Below are positions 1-11,200 of a DNA stretch of 47,793 bases, piece by piece. Position numbers and translations under genes: made by a program. Each line of letters opens with the position of its first letter. The first letter of the stretch is position 1. Source of the DNA: Nemertoderma westbladi (lineage: Eukaryota > Animalia > Xenacoelomorpha); NCBI GenBank assembly GCA_032718475.1, contig JAUCBJ010008913.1, forward strand, positions 1 to 47,793, read 5' to 3'. The notes below the pieces were generated by a model. That model did no database searches and was not told where the DNA came from. It worked only from the letters and a program-made list of their open reading frames with translations.

Positions 1-1988
1 TTCCTGCCAATCGAAACTCATTCGGGGCTCCACAGCGGTTAACTCAAAATCCCAAAACGGGTTAACCACTTTTACCTCTTCACTTAAAACTTCCGGATTT
101 CTATTTAAAAAACGAACAGCGAATTTTTCAACATTAGAAAGTCGATTTCTTTGGAATAAATCCGCGCCGACGGAAGTTAAAACTTCCCAAATTCCGCGAG
201 GTTCTTCTGAAAGCTCTTCCTCCTCAACTCGGTTTACGTATTGCTCCCAAACTTCCGAAGTTGGCGAGATATCGAGTGTTTCGATGAGTCGGGATATCTC
301 TGAATGCGACTCGAAGGGCTCGAGTTGGGCGGCGGCTTTTCCGCGGTCGGCGTCGAGTCGTTTCATCCGGTTGAAGACGTGATGCTCCGCCGTGGATTCC
401 GTAATGAGGTAGTAGATGACGAGGTCGTTGCGACGCCCCACTATCTCCCGGACGTAGTTGAGTCGCGACTCCACCGCGTATCGCCATTCCACATCGAAGA
501 ATATCACGATATCCACCTGGGATATCCCGAGGAGGAGTTTCCAGTGGCAGCGAGTGGAGGCGAGGCAACTCGAGACAGAGGGTTCGTTGTTGAACCGACG
601 GATAAAGTGGGTTGTCTCCATCGCGTTCATCGACCCGTCGACGCAGACGTAAGGAAACCCGTTGCGGGTCATATACCCGCCCAGTATACCCAACATAGAA
701 GAGAAAGACGAGAGGATAAGACAACGTTTCCGTAACGATTTCGCTGTTACCAAAATCTTCTGAAGGACATGGAATTTAGGGGATTCAGTGGGGGGTTTCG
801 AGATCCCATAGAACATTCGATTAGTTATGGGATATAAATAGTTAACAATGTCATCATCGATAGAGAAACAGTTTGTAAAGCAGATCGGGGGTTTAGATAA
901 AACTTTATTCGTTGGGAAAATTAAATCCAGTCGCCATGGATTCAATCGATAGTCTATCGAATTCGAAATCGTTTCGAATTCTAATACATTACTAGGATAA
1001 TTATTTATAAATCTTAATATATCATTAGGTTGGCTTATAATCGGTTCTGTGTGAGTGAATTTATTGGGAGTAGGTTGATGGACTCGCGAGGGTAAAGAAC
1101 CCTCATGCAAGTTCCCGATCCCGCCGAGTTTCAAAAAAATGGGTTTCTTCGACGCCGGACTGCGAGGGTGAGGGAGATTATGGGGGAGATTTGGAGTTGT
1201 ACAAGAGAAATATGAGATTAAATTAAAAATTAAGTCTGGCGGTCGGCTGAAATGAATTCCACACATTAGAGGAGTTTTAATACGATAATTTGTTGGTAAA
1301 AATAAATCCGGATGATTGCAGATACTATTGAGTTTATAAATCGTGGCGAAAGACTCGAAACTGTCGGCGGTGGGGCACCGCAGTCGCAGGTAGTTGTCGT
1401 ATAAACCTTTCTGATTGGTTGATAGACTGCAGGGGACGTGTAATTCCGTGCGGATCGGTAGCTGGTCGACCACGTCGTCTATACAGCGACGCAGGAAGGA
1501 TGAGAGGATCACGGAGCGGAGAGAGACGACGGCGTGAAGGTTGGCCTCCGAGTAGTCGCGAGATATCCTATGCCACGGCATAATAAACTTTATTACTTTG
1601 AGTAAATCAGCGAGGCGGGTTGATAGTTCGGCGCCGTAGCAGAGAACCCGGTGTTTGGAGCGAAGCGAAGAGAAATTATCCCAATTCTTTTCGGATTGAA
1701 CGTCGTCCACGATTAGGAAACCCCAGTATTTATTGCGGAGAGTTTCGGACGACTTTAGGAAACCGTGGGTTGTCAATATAACGTGGTATCGATTCAACTG
1801 GCCGATGTGTTTCTGTTTTATAGACACGCTGCCGGAGCGAGATTCCGCAGCCACACGGAATTTTAACCTCGGGGAGAACCTCCTCAAGGCGGCTTCCCAT
1901 TTTAGTAGACTGTAGTAGTCGCAGACTATAATATGGGGCACCGGGGACGTCCCGCTGGCTAATAGACAGACACATTGGACGCTCTTAC
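1..1988 (-). CDS. dom: Domino/p400/SRCAP-family SNF2 chromatin remodeller, exon 2 (split ATPase lobes; continues beyond the window start)
   Basis: Hand translation from acceptor ttcAG|GT (1990-1989) is stop-free to base 1, which probably explains its absence from the ORF track. It reads (G)KSVQCVCLLA..PHIIVCDYYSLLKWEAALRRFSP..YHVILTTH..WGFLIVDDVQ..FLRRCIDDVVDQLP..HVPCSLSTNQKGLYDNYL..ICNHPDLF..KRCLILSSFSSMLGIL..VDGS..RFNNEP..LASTR..DIVIFFDVEW..VIYYLITESTAE..LSNVEKFAVRFL. This is collinear with SWR1/SRCAP/p400 SNF2_N, HELICc and the post-helicase 'PIERYAMKFL'-type motif. Confidence 0.9.
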
Positions 1989-2051
1989 CTGAACAAAAAT
2001 AATCAGCTTACAAGATAATGATATAGAAAGAACCGTGTTAATAAAACAATA

Positions 2052-2957
2052 TGGGCCAAAATCACTAAAGGTGGCCAAACTTAAGATGGGATTTTCGTCA
2101 AAATTTTTTTCTTTCAAAACCTAAACATAATATATATATCATACAAAAGCTCTTTTTAAATTTAAGGAAAATTCGATAAGCACTGTGGTCAGCTATTAAA
2201 ATTTACTTCACTAAATATATTTGGGTTTTAAGTTAAGTCCACCCTGTAATGCCATTTTCGTATAGAAATAGTATAGAGCATTACAGGGGGGGGGGGGGGC
2301 ATTACAGGGGGGACGCATTACAGCTGCAGGGGGCAATAGCTACATATTTTATAAGGAGAGTATAGAGCATTACAGGGGGGACGCATTACAGCTGCAGGGG
2401 GCTATAGCTACATATTTTATAAGGAGAGTATAGAGCATTACAGGGGGGGGGGATTACAAGGGGGCATTTCCTGCATGTCATTTATCTCTTACAGCTGCAG
2501 GGGGCTATAGCTACATATTTTATAAGGAGAGTATAGAGCATTACAGGGGGGACGCATTACAGCTGCAGGGGGCTATAGCTACATATTTTATAAGGAGAGT
2601 ATAGAGCATTACAGGGGGGGGGGGGGGGGGGGGATTACAAGGGGGCATTTCCTGCATGTCATTTATCTCTTATTTCAATAAACTTCTACATATTTTATAA
2701 TGTTTGGGCAAGTTGAAAAGCCCGCGAAATTTCCCTTTCAAAAAGACCAAATATAAAGACTAACTTGGGAATATTTTATTGACATTTAAGTGGCATTACA
2801 GGGGGGGGGGGGGGGGGGCAAAAAATTGTGTTCAATAACACCGAAAAATGCCGCTTATTTTAAAATATAAATTATTGGAAATGATCGAGGAAGACAAAAG
2901 TTACGGCGTGTCTAATGTTTTTGTTTAGTTTTGGCCACTTTTTGTGAGTTTGGGCCC
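2052..2957. mobile_element. Putative non-autonomous DNA transposon (MITE-like) with imperfect 28-bp TIRs and an internal minisatellite, copy 1
   Basis: Left tgggccaaaatcactaaaggtggccaaa (2052-2079) versus reverse complement of 2930-2957 gggcccaaactcacaaaaagtggccaaa, 23/28 matches. TA flanks; no coding capacity. Confidence 0.55.
2268..2650. repeat. 68-bp minisatellite (gcattacagctgcagggggctatagctacatattttataaggagagtatagagcattacagggggg..) with poly-G tracts
   Basis: Units start at 2315 and 2383 (68-bp spacing). About 4 units here; a different unit arrangement in the duplicate at about 4540-4820. Confidence 0.85.
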
Positions 2958-3039
2958 TATACAGAATGTTCTTTATGGTGAACCAAAAAACCCACTAAAA
3001 ATCGATCATTGTAGTTCGAAGCCATCGAAGGTATTGGTG

Positions 3040-4032
3040 AAAAATATCGCGAGTAAAAATATCGAGAGTAAAAATATCGAGTGTAAAAATTTCGAGAGTA
3101 AAAAGAACGAGAGTAAAAATATCTAGAGTTTTAAAATATTGAGAGTAAAAATATCGAGAGTAAAAATATCGAGAGTAAAAATATCGAGAGAAAATATATC
3201 GCGAGTAAAAATATCGAGAGTAAAAATATCGAGAGTAAAAATATCGAGAGTAAAAATATATATCTAGAGTTTTAAAATATTGAGAGTAAAAATATCGAGA
3301 GTAAAAATATCGAGAGTAAAAATATCGAGAGTAAAAACATCGAGAGTAAAAATATCGAGAGTAAAAATATCGAGAGTAAAAATATCGAGAGTAAAAATAT
3401 CGAGAGTAAAAATATCGAGAGTAAAAATATCGAGAGTAAAAATATATATCTAGAGTTTTAAAATATTGAGAGTAAAAATATCGAGAGTAAAAATATCGAG
3501 AGTAAAAATATCGAGAGTAAAAATATCGAGTGTAAAAATTTCGAGAGTAAAAAGAACGAGAGTAAAAATATCTAGAGTTTTAAAATATTGAGAGTAAAAA
3601 TATCGAGAGTAAAAATATCGAGAGTAAAAATATCGAGAGAAAATATAGCGCGAGTAAAAATATCGAGAGTAAAAATATCGAGAGTAAAAATATCGAGAGT
3701 AAAAATATTGAGAGTAAAAATATCGAGAGTAAAAATATCGAGAGTAAAAATATCGAGAGTAAAAATATTCGAGAGTAAAAATATCGAGAGTAAAAATATT
3801 GAGAGTAAAAATATCGAGAGTAAAAATATCGAGAGTAAAAATATCGAGAGAAAATATATCGCGAGTAAAAATATCGAGAGTAAAAATATCGAGAGTAAAA
3901 ATATATATCTACAGTTTTAAAATATTGAGAGTAAAATATCGAGAGTAAAAATATAGAGAGTAAAAATATCGAGAGTAAAAATATCGAGAGTAAAAACATC
4001 GAGAGTAAAAATATCGAGAGTAAAAATATCGA
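3040..4032. repeat. 15-bp satellite AAAAATATCGAGAGT, short block (about 65 monomers)
   Basis: Direct reading; gives the spurious VKISR/SKNIE/SIFLL/YFYSR ORFs. Confidence 0.98.
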
Positions 4033-4262
4033 GAAACCGTGGGTTGTCAATATAACGTGGTATCGATTCAACTGGCCGATGTGTTTCTGTTTTATAGACA
4101 CGCTGCCGGAGCGAGATTCCGCAGCCACACGGAATTTTAACCTCGGGGAGAACCTCCTCAAGGCGGCTTCCCATTTTAGTAGACTGTAGTAGTCGCAGAC
4201 TATAATATGGGGCACCGGGGACGTCCCGCTGGCTAATAGACAGACACATTGGACGCTCTTAC
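4033..4262 (-). pseudogene. Truncated duplicate (230 bp) of the 5' end of exon 2 inside the intron
   Basis: Matches 1759-1988. Its frame runs directly into the satellite (ORF 3580..4215: ..YHVILTTHGF-SIFLLSIFLL..). Its acceptor is ttaAG rather than ttcAG. Confidence 0.9.
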
Positions 4263-4325
4263 CTTAACAAAAATAATCAGCTTACAAGATAATGATATAG
4301 AAAGAACCGTGTTAATAAAACAATA

Positions 4326-5128
4326 TGGGCCAAAATCACTAAAGGTGGCCAAACTTAAGATGGGATTTTCGTCAAAATTTTTTTCTTTCAAAACCTAAAC
4401 ATAATATATATATCATACAAAAGCTCTTTTTAAATTTAAGGAAAATTCGATAAGCACTGTGGTCAGCTATTAAAATTTACTTCACTAAATATATTTGGGT
4501 TTTAAGTTAAGTCCACCCTGTAATGCCATTTTCGTATAGAAATAGTATAGAGCATTACAGGGGGGGGGGGGCATTACAGGGGGGACGCATTACAGCTGCA
4601 GGGGGCTATAGCTACATATTTTATAAGGAGAGTATAGAGCATTACAGGGGGGACGCATTACAGCTGCAGGGGGCTATAGCTACTAATTTTATAAGGAGAG
4701 TATAGAGCATTACAGGGGAGACGCATTACAGCTGCAGGGGGCTATAGCTACATATTTTATAAGGAGAGTATAGAGCATTACAGGGGGGGGGGGGGGGGGG
4801 GGATTACAGGGGGGCATTTCCTGCATGTCATTTATCTCTTATTTCAATAAACTTCTACATATTTTATAATGTTTGGGCAAGTTGAAAAGCCCGCGAAATT
4901 TCCCTTTCAAAAAGACCAAATATAAAGACTAACTTGGGAATATTTTATTGACATTTAAGTGGCATTACAGGGGGGGGGGGGGGGGGGGGCAAAAAATTGT
5001 GTTCAATAACACCGAAAAATGCCGCTTATTTTAAAATATAAATTATTGGAAATGATCGAGGAAGACAAAAGTTACGGCGTGTCTAATGTTTTTGTTTAGT
5101 TTTGGCCACTTTTTGTGAGTTTGGGCCC
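4326..5128. mobile_element. MITE-like element, copy 2 (within the duplication)
   Basis: Same TIR pair as 2052-2957. Confidence 0.55.
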
Positions 5129-5210
5129 TATACAGAATGTTCTTTATGGTGAACCAAAAAACCCACTAAAAATCGATCATTGTAGTTCGAAGCCATCGAA
5201 GGTATTGGCG

Positions 5211-8200
5211 AAAAATATCGAGAGTAAAAATATCGCAGTAAAAATATCGAGAGTCAAAATATCGCGAGTAAAAATATCGAGAGCAAAAATATCGTGATAA
5301 AAAATATCGAGAGTAAAAATATCGAGGGTAAAAATATCGAGAGTAAAAATATCGAGTGTAAAAATTTCGAGAGTAAAAATTTCGATATATCGAGAGTAAA
5401 CATATTGAGAGAAAAAAATATGGAGAGTAAAAATATGGAGAGTAAAAATATCTAGAGTTTTAAAATATTGAAAGTAAAAAAAATATCAAGAGTAAAAATA
5501 TTGAGAGAAAACAATATGGAGAGTAAAAATATCGAGAGTAAAAATATCGAGAGTAAAAATATCGAGAGAAAAAATATCGAGAGAAAATATATCGAGAGTA
5601 AAAATATCGAGAGTAAAAAGAACGAGAGTAAAAATATCTAGAGTTTTAAAATATTGAGAGTAAAAATATCGAGAGTAAAAATATCGAGAGTAAAAATATC
5701 GAGAGTAAAAATATCGAGAGTAAAAATATCGAGAGTAAAAATATCGAGAGTAAAAATATCGAGAGTAAAAATATCGAGAGTAAAAATATCGAGAGAAAAT
5801 ATATCGCGAGTAAAAATATCGAGAGTAAAAATATCGAGAGTAAAAATATCGAGAGTAAAAATATATATCTAGAGTTTTAAAATATTGAGAGTAAAAATAT
5901 CGAGAGTAAAATATCGAGAGTAAAAATATCGAGAGTAAAAATATCGAGAGTAAAAATAACGAGAGTAAAAATATCGAGAGTAAAAATATCGAGAGTAAAA
6001 ATATCGAGAGTAAAAATATTGAGAGTAAAAATATCGAGAGTAAAAATATCGAGAGTAAAAATATCGAGAGTAAAAATATCGAGAGTAAAAATATCGAGAG
6101 TAAAAACATCGAGAGTAAAAATATCGAGAGTAAAATTATCGAGAGTAAAAATATCGAGAGTAAAAATATTGAGAGTAAAAATATCGAGAGTAAAAATATA
6201 GAGAGTAAAAATATCGAGAGAAAATATATCGCGAGTAAAAATATCGGGAGTAAAAATATCGAGAGTAAAAATAAAAATATCGAGAGTAAAAATATAGAGA
6301 GTAAAAATATCGAGAGAAAATATATCGCGAGTAAAAATATCGAGAGTAAAAATATCGAGAGTAAAAATATCTAGAGTTTTAAAATATCGAGAGTAAAAAT
6401 ATCGAGAGTAAAAATATCGAGAGTAAAATTATCGAGAGTAAAAATATCGAGAGTAAAAATATCGAGAGTAAAAATATCGAGAGTAAAAACATCGAGAGTA
6501 AAAATATCGAGAGTAAAAATATCGAGAGTAAAAATATCGAGAGTAAAAATATCGAGAGTAAAAATATCGAGAGTAAAAACATCGAGAGTAAAAATATCGA
6601 GAGTAAAAATATCGAGAGTAAAAATATAGAGAGTAAAAATATCGAGAGAAAATATATCGCGAGTAAAAATATCGAGAGTAAAAATATCGAGAGTAAAAAT
6701 ATGGAGAGTAAAAATATCGAGAGTAAAAATATCGAGAGTAAAAATATCGAGAGTAAAAATCTCGACTGTTGAAAAATATCGAAAGTAAAAATATCGAGGG
6801 TAAAAATAAAAATATCGAGAGTAAAAATATAGAGAGTAAAAATATCGAGAGAAAATATATCGCGAGTAAAAATATCGAGAGTAAAAATATCGAGAGTAAA
6901 AATATCGAGAGTAAAAATATCTAGAGTTTTAAAATATTGAGAGTAAAAATATCGAGAGTAAAAATATCGAGAGTAAAAATATCGAGAGTAAAAATATCGA
7001 GAGTAAAAACATCGAGAGTAAAAATATCGAGAGTAAAAATATATATCTAGAGTTTTAAAATATTGAGAGTAAAAATATCGAGAGTAAAAACATCGAGAGT
7101 AAAAATATCGAGAGTAAAAATATCGAGAGTAAAAATATCGAGAGTAAAAATATCGAGAGTAAAAACATCGAGAGTAAAAATATCGAGAGTAAAATTATCG
7201 AGAGTAAAAATATCGAGAGTAAAAATATCGAGAGTAAAAATATCGAGAGTAAAAATATAGAGAGTAAAAATATCGAGAGAAAATATATCGCGAGTAAAAA
7301 TATCGGGAGTAAAAATATCGAGAGTAAAAATAAAAATATCGAGAGTAAAAATATAGAGAGTAAAAATATCGAGAGAAAATATATCGCGAGTAAAAATATC
7401 GAGAGTAAAAATATCGAGAGTAAAAATATCTAGAGTTTTAAAATATTGAGAGTAAAAATATCGAGAGTAAAAATATCGAGAGTAAAAATATCGAGAGTAA
7501 AAATATCGAGAGTAAAAATATCGAGAGTAAAAATATCGAGAGTAAAAATATCGAGAGTAAAAACATCGAGAGTAAAAATATCGAGAGTAAAAATATCGAG
7601 AGTAAAAATATATATCTAGAGTTTTAAAATATTGAGAGTAAAAATATCGAGAGTAAAAATATCGAGAGTAAAAATATCGAGAGTAAAAATATCGAGAGTA
7701 AAAATATCGAGAGTAAAAATATCGAGAGTAAAAACATCGAGAGTAAAAATATCGAGAGTAAAAATATCGAGAGTAAAAATATCGAGAGTAAAAATATCGA
7801 GAGTAAAAATATCGAGAGTAAAAATATAGAGAGTAAAAATATCGAGAGAAAATATATCGCGAGTAAAAATATCGAGAGTAAAAACATCGAGAGTAAAAAT
7901 ATCGAGAGTAAAAATATCGAGAGTAAAAATATCGAGAGTAAAAACATCGAGAGTAAAAATATCGAGAGTAAAAATATCGAGAGTAAAAATATCGAGAGTA
8001 AAAATATCGAGAGTAAAAATATCGAGAGTAAAAATATAGAGAGTAAAAATATCGAGAGAAAATATATCGCGAGTAAAAATATCGAGAGTAAAAACATCGA
8101 GAGTAAAAATATCGAGAGTAAAAATATCGAGAGTAAAAATATCGAGAGTAAAAATATCGAGAGTAAAAATATCGAGAGTAAAAATCTCGACTGTTGAAAA

Positions 8201-11200
8201 ATATCGAAAGTAAAAATATCGAGGGTAAAAATAAAAATATCGAGAGTAAAAATATAGAGAGTAAAAATATCGAGAGAAAATATATCGCGAGTAAAAATAT
8301 CGAGAGTAAAAATATCGAGAGTAAAAATATCTAGAGTTTTAAAATATTGAGAGTAAAAATATCGAGAGTAAAAATATCGAGAGTAAAAATATCGAGAGTA
8401 AAAATATCGAGAGTAAAAATATCGAGAGTAAAAATATCGAGAGTAAAAATATCGAGAGTAAAAACATCGAGAGTAAAAATATCGAGAGTAAAAATATCGA
8501 GAGTAAAAATATATATCTAGAGTTTTAAAATATTGAGAGTAAAAATATCGAGAGTAAAAATATCGAGAGTAAAAATATCGAGAGTAAAAATATCGAGAGT
8601 AAAAATATCGAGAGTAAAAATATCGAGAGTAAAAATATCGAGAGTAAAAACATCGAGAGTAAAAATATCGAGAGTAAAAATATCGAGAGTAAAAATAAAA
8701 ATATCGAGAGTAAAAATAAAAATATCGAGAGTAAAAATATAGAGAGTAAAAATATAGAGAGTAAAAATATCGAGAGAAAATATATATATCGCGAGTAAAA
8801 ATATCGAGAGTAAAAATATCTAGAGTTTTAAAATATTGAGAGTAAAAATATCGAGAGTAAAAATATCGAGAGTAAAAATATAGAGAGTAAAAATATCGAG
8901 AGAAAATATATCGCGAGTAAAAATATCGAGAGTAAAAATATCGAGAGTAAAAATATCTAGAGTTTTAAAATATTGAGAGTAAAAATATCTAGAGTTTTAA
9001 AATATTGAGAGTAAAAATATCGAGAGTAAAAATATCGAGAGTAAAAATATCGAGAGTAAAACCATCGAGAGTAAAAATATCGAGAGTAAAAATATCGAGA
9101 GTAAAAATATATATCTAGAGTTTTAAAATATTGAGAGTAAAAATATCGAGAGTAAAAATATCGAGAGTAAAAATATCGAGAGTAAAAATATCGAGAGTAA
9201 AAATATCGAGAGTAAAAATATCGAGAGTAAAAATATCGAGAGTAAAAATATCGAGAGTAAAAATATCGAGAGTAAAAATATCGAGAGTAAAAATATAGAG
9301 AGTAAAAATATCGAGAGAAAATATATCGCGAGTAAAAATATCGAGAGTAAAAATATCGAGAGTAAAAATAAAAATATCGAGAGTAAAAATATATAGAGAG
9401 TAAAAATATCGAGAGAAAATATATCGCGAGTAAAAATATCGAGAGTAAAAATATCGAGAGTAAAAATATCGAGAGTAAAAATAAAAATATCGAGAGTTTT
9501 AAAATATTGAGAGTAAAAATATCGAGAATAAAAATATCGAGAGTAAAAATATCGAGAGTAAAAATATCTAGAGTTTTAAAATATCGAGAGTAACAATATC
9601 GAGAGTAAAAATATCGAGAGTAAAAATATCGAGAGAAAATATATCGCGAGTAAAAATATCGAGAGTAAAAATATCGAGAGTAAAAATAAAAATATCGAGA
9701 GTAAAAATATATAGAGAGTAAAAATATCGAGAGAAAATATATCGCGAGTAAAAATATCGAGAGTAAAAATATCGAGAGTAAAAATATCTAGAGTTTTAAA
9801 ATATTGAGAGTAAAAATATCGAGAGTAAAAATATCGAGAGTAAAAATATCGAGAGTAAAAATATCGAGAGTAAAAATATCGAGAGTAAAAATATCGAGAG
9901 TAAAAATATCGAGAGTAAAAATATCGAGAGTAAAAATATCGAGAGTAAAAATATCTAGAGTTTTAAAATATCGAGAGTAACAATATCGAGAGTAAAAATA
10001 TAGAGAGTAAAAATATCGAGAGTAAAAATAAAAATATCGAGAGTAAAAATATAGAGAGTAAAAATATCGAGAGTAAAAATAAAAATATCGAGAGTAAAAA
10101 TATCGAGAGTAAAAATATCGAGAGTAAAAATATCGAGAGTAAAAATATCGAGAGTAAAAATATCGAGAGTAAAAATATAGAGAGTAAAAATATCGAGAGA
10201 AAATATATCGCGAGTAAAAATATCGGGAGTAAAAATATCGAGAGTAAAAATAAAAATATCGAGAGTTTTAAAATATTGAGAGTAAAAATATCGAGAGTAA
10301 AAATATCGAGAGTAAAAATATCGAGAGTAAAAATATCTAGAGTTTTAAAATATCGAGAGTAACAATATCGAGAGTAAAAATATCGAGAGTAAAAATATCG
10401 AGAGAAAATATATCGCGAGTAAAAATATCGAGAGTAAAAATATCGAGAGTAAAAATATCGAGAGTAAAAATAAAAATATCGAGAGTAAAAATATATAGAG
10501 AGTAAAAATATCGAGAGAAAATATATCGCGAGTAAAAATATCGAGAGTAAAAATATCGAGAGTAAAAATATCTAGAGTTTTAAAATATTGAGAGTAAAAA
10601 TATCGAGAGTAAAAATATCGAGAGTAAAAATATCGAGAGTAAAAATATCGAGAGTAAAAATATCGAGAGTAAAAATATCGAGAGTAAAAATATCTAGAGT
10701 TTTAAAATATCGAGAGTAACAATATCGAGAGTAAAAATATAGAGAGTAAAAATATCGAGAGTAAAAATAAAAATATCGAGAGTAAAAATATAGAGAGTAA
10801 AAATATCGAGAGTAAAAATAAAAATATCGAGAGTAAAAATATCGAGAGAAAATATATCGCGAGTAAAAATATCGAGAGTAAAAATATCGAGAGTAAAAAT
10901 ATCGAGAGTAAAAATATCGAGAGTAAAAATATCGAGAGTAAAAACATCGAGAGTAAAAATATCTAGAGTTTTAAAATATTGAGAGTAAAAATATCGAGAG
11001 TAAAAATATCGAGAGTAAAAATATCGAGAGTAAAAATAAAAATATCGAGAGTAAAAATATCGAGAGTAAAAATATCGAGAGTAAAAATATCGAGAGTAAA
11101 AATATCGAGAGTAAAAATATAGAGAGTAAAAATATCGAGAGAAAATATATCGCGAGTAAAAATATCGGGAGTAAAAATATCGAGAGTAAAAATAAAAATA

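Larger units (their letters stand above)
4033..5210. repeat. Near-identical tandem duplicate of 1759-3039 (5' part of exon 2, acceptor, MITE, satellite-flanking sequence)
   Basis: gaaaccgtgggttgtcaat.. at 1759 and 4033 (offset 2274), continuing to ggtattgg(t/c)gaaaaatatcg at about 3030 and 5201. Few substitutions; minisatellite copy number differs. Confidence 0.95.

Noticed and set aside
224-735. ORFs 224..724(-), 304..735(+) and 458..652(+)
   Set aside because: Alternative-frame or antisense shadows of the remodeller exon 2 helicase-C region.
1730-1975. 81-aa ORF MCLSISQRDV.. and its twin 3917..4249
   Set aside because: Wrong frame of exon 2 and of its duplicate; the SNF2 motifs are in the other frame.
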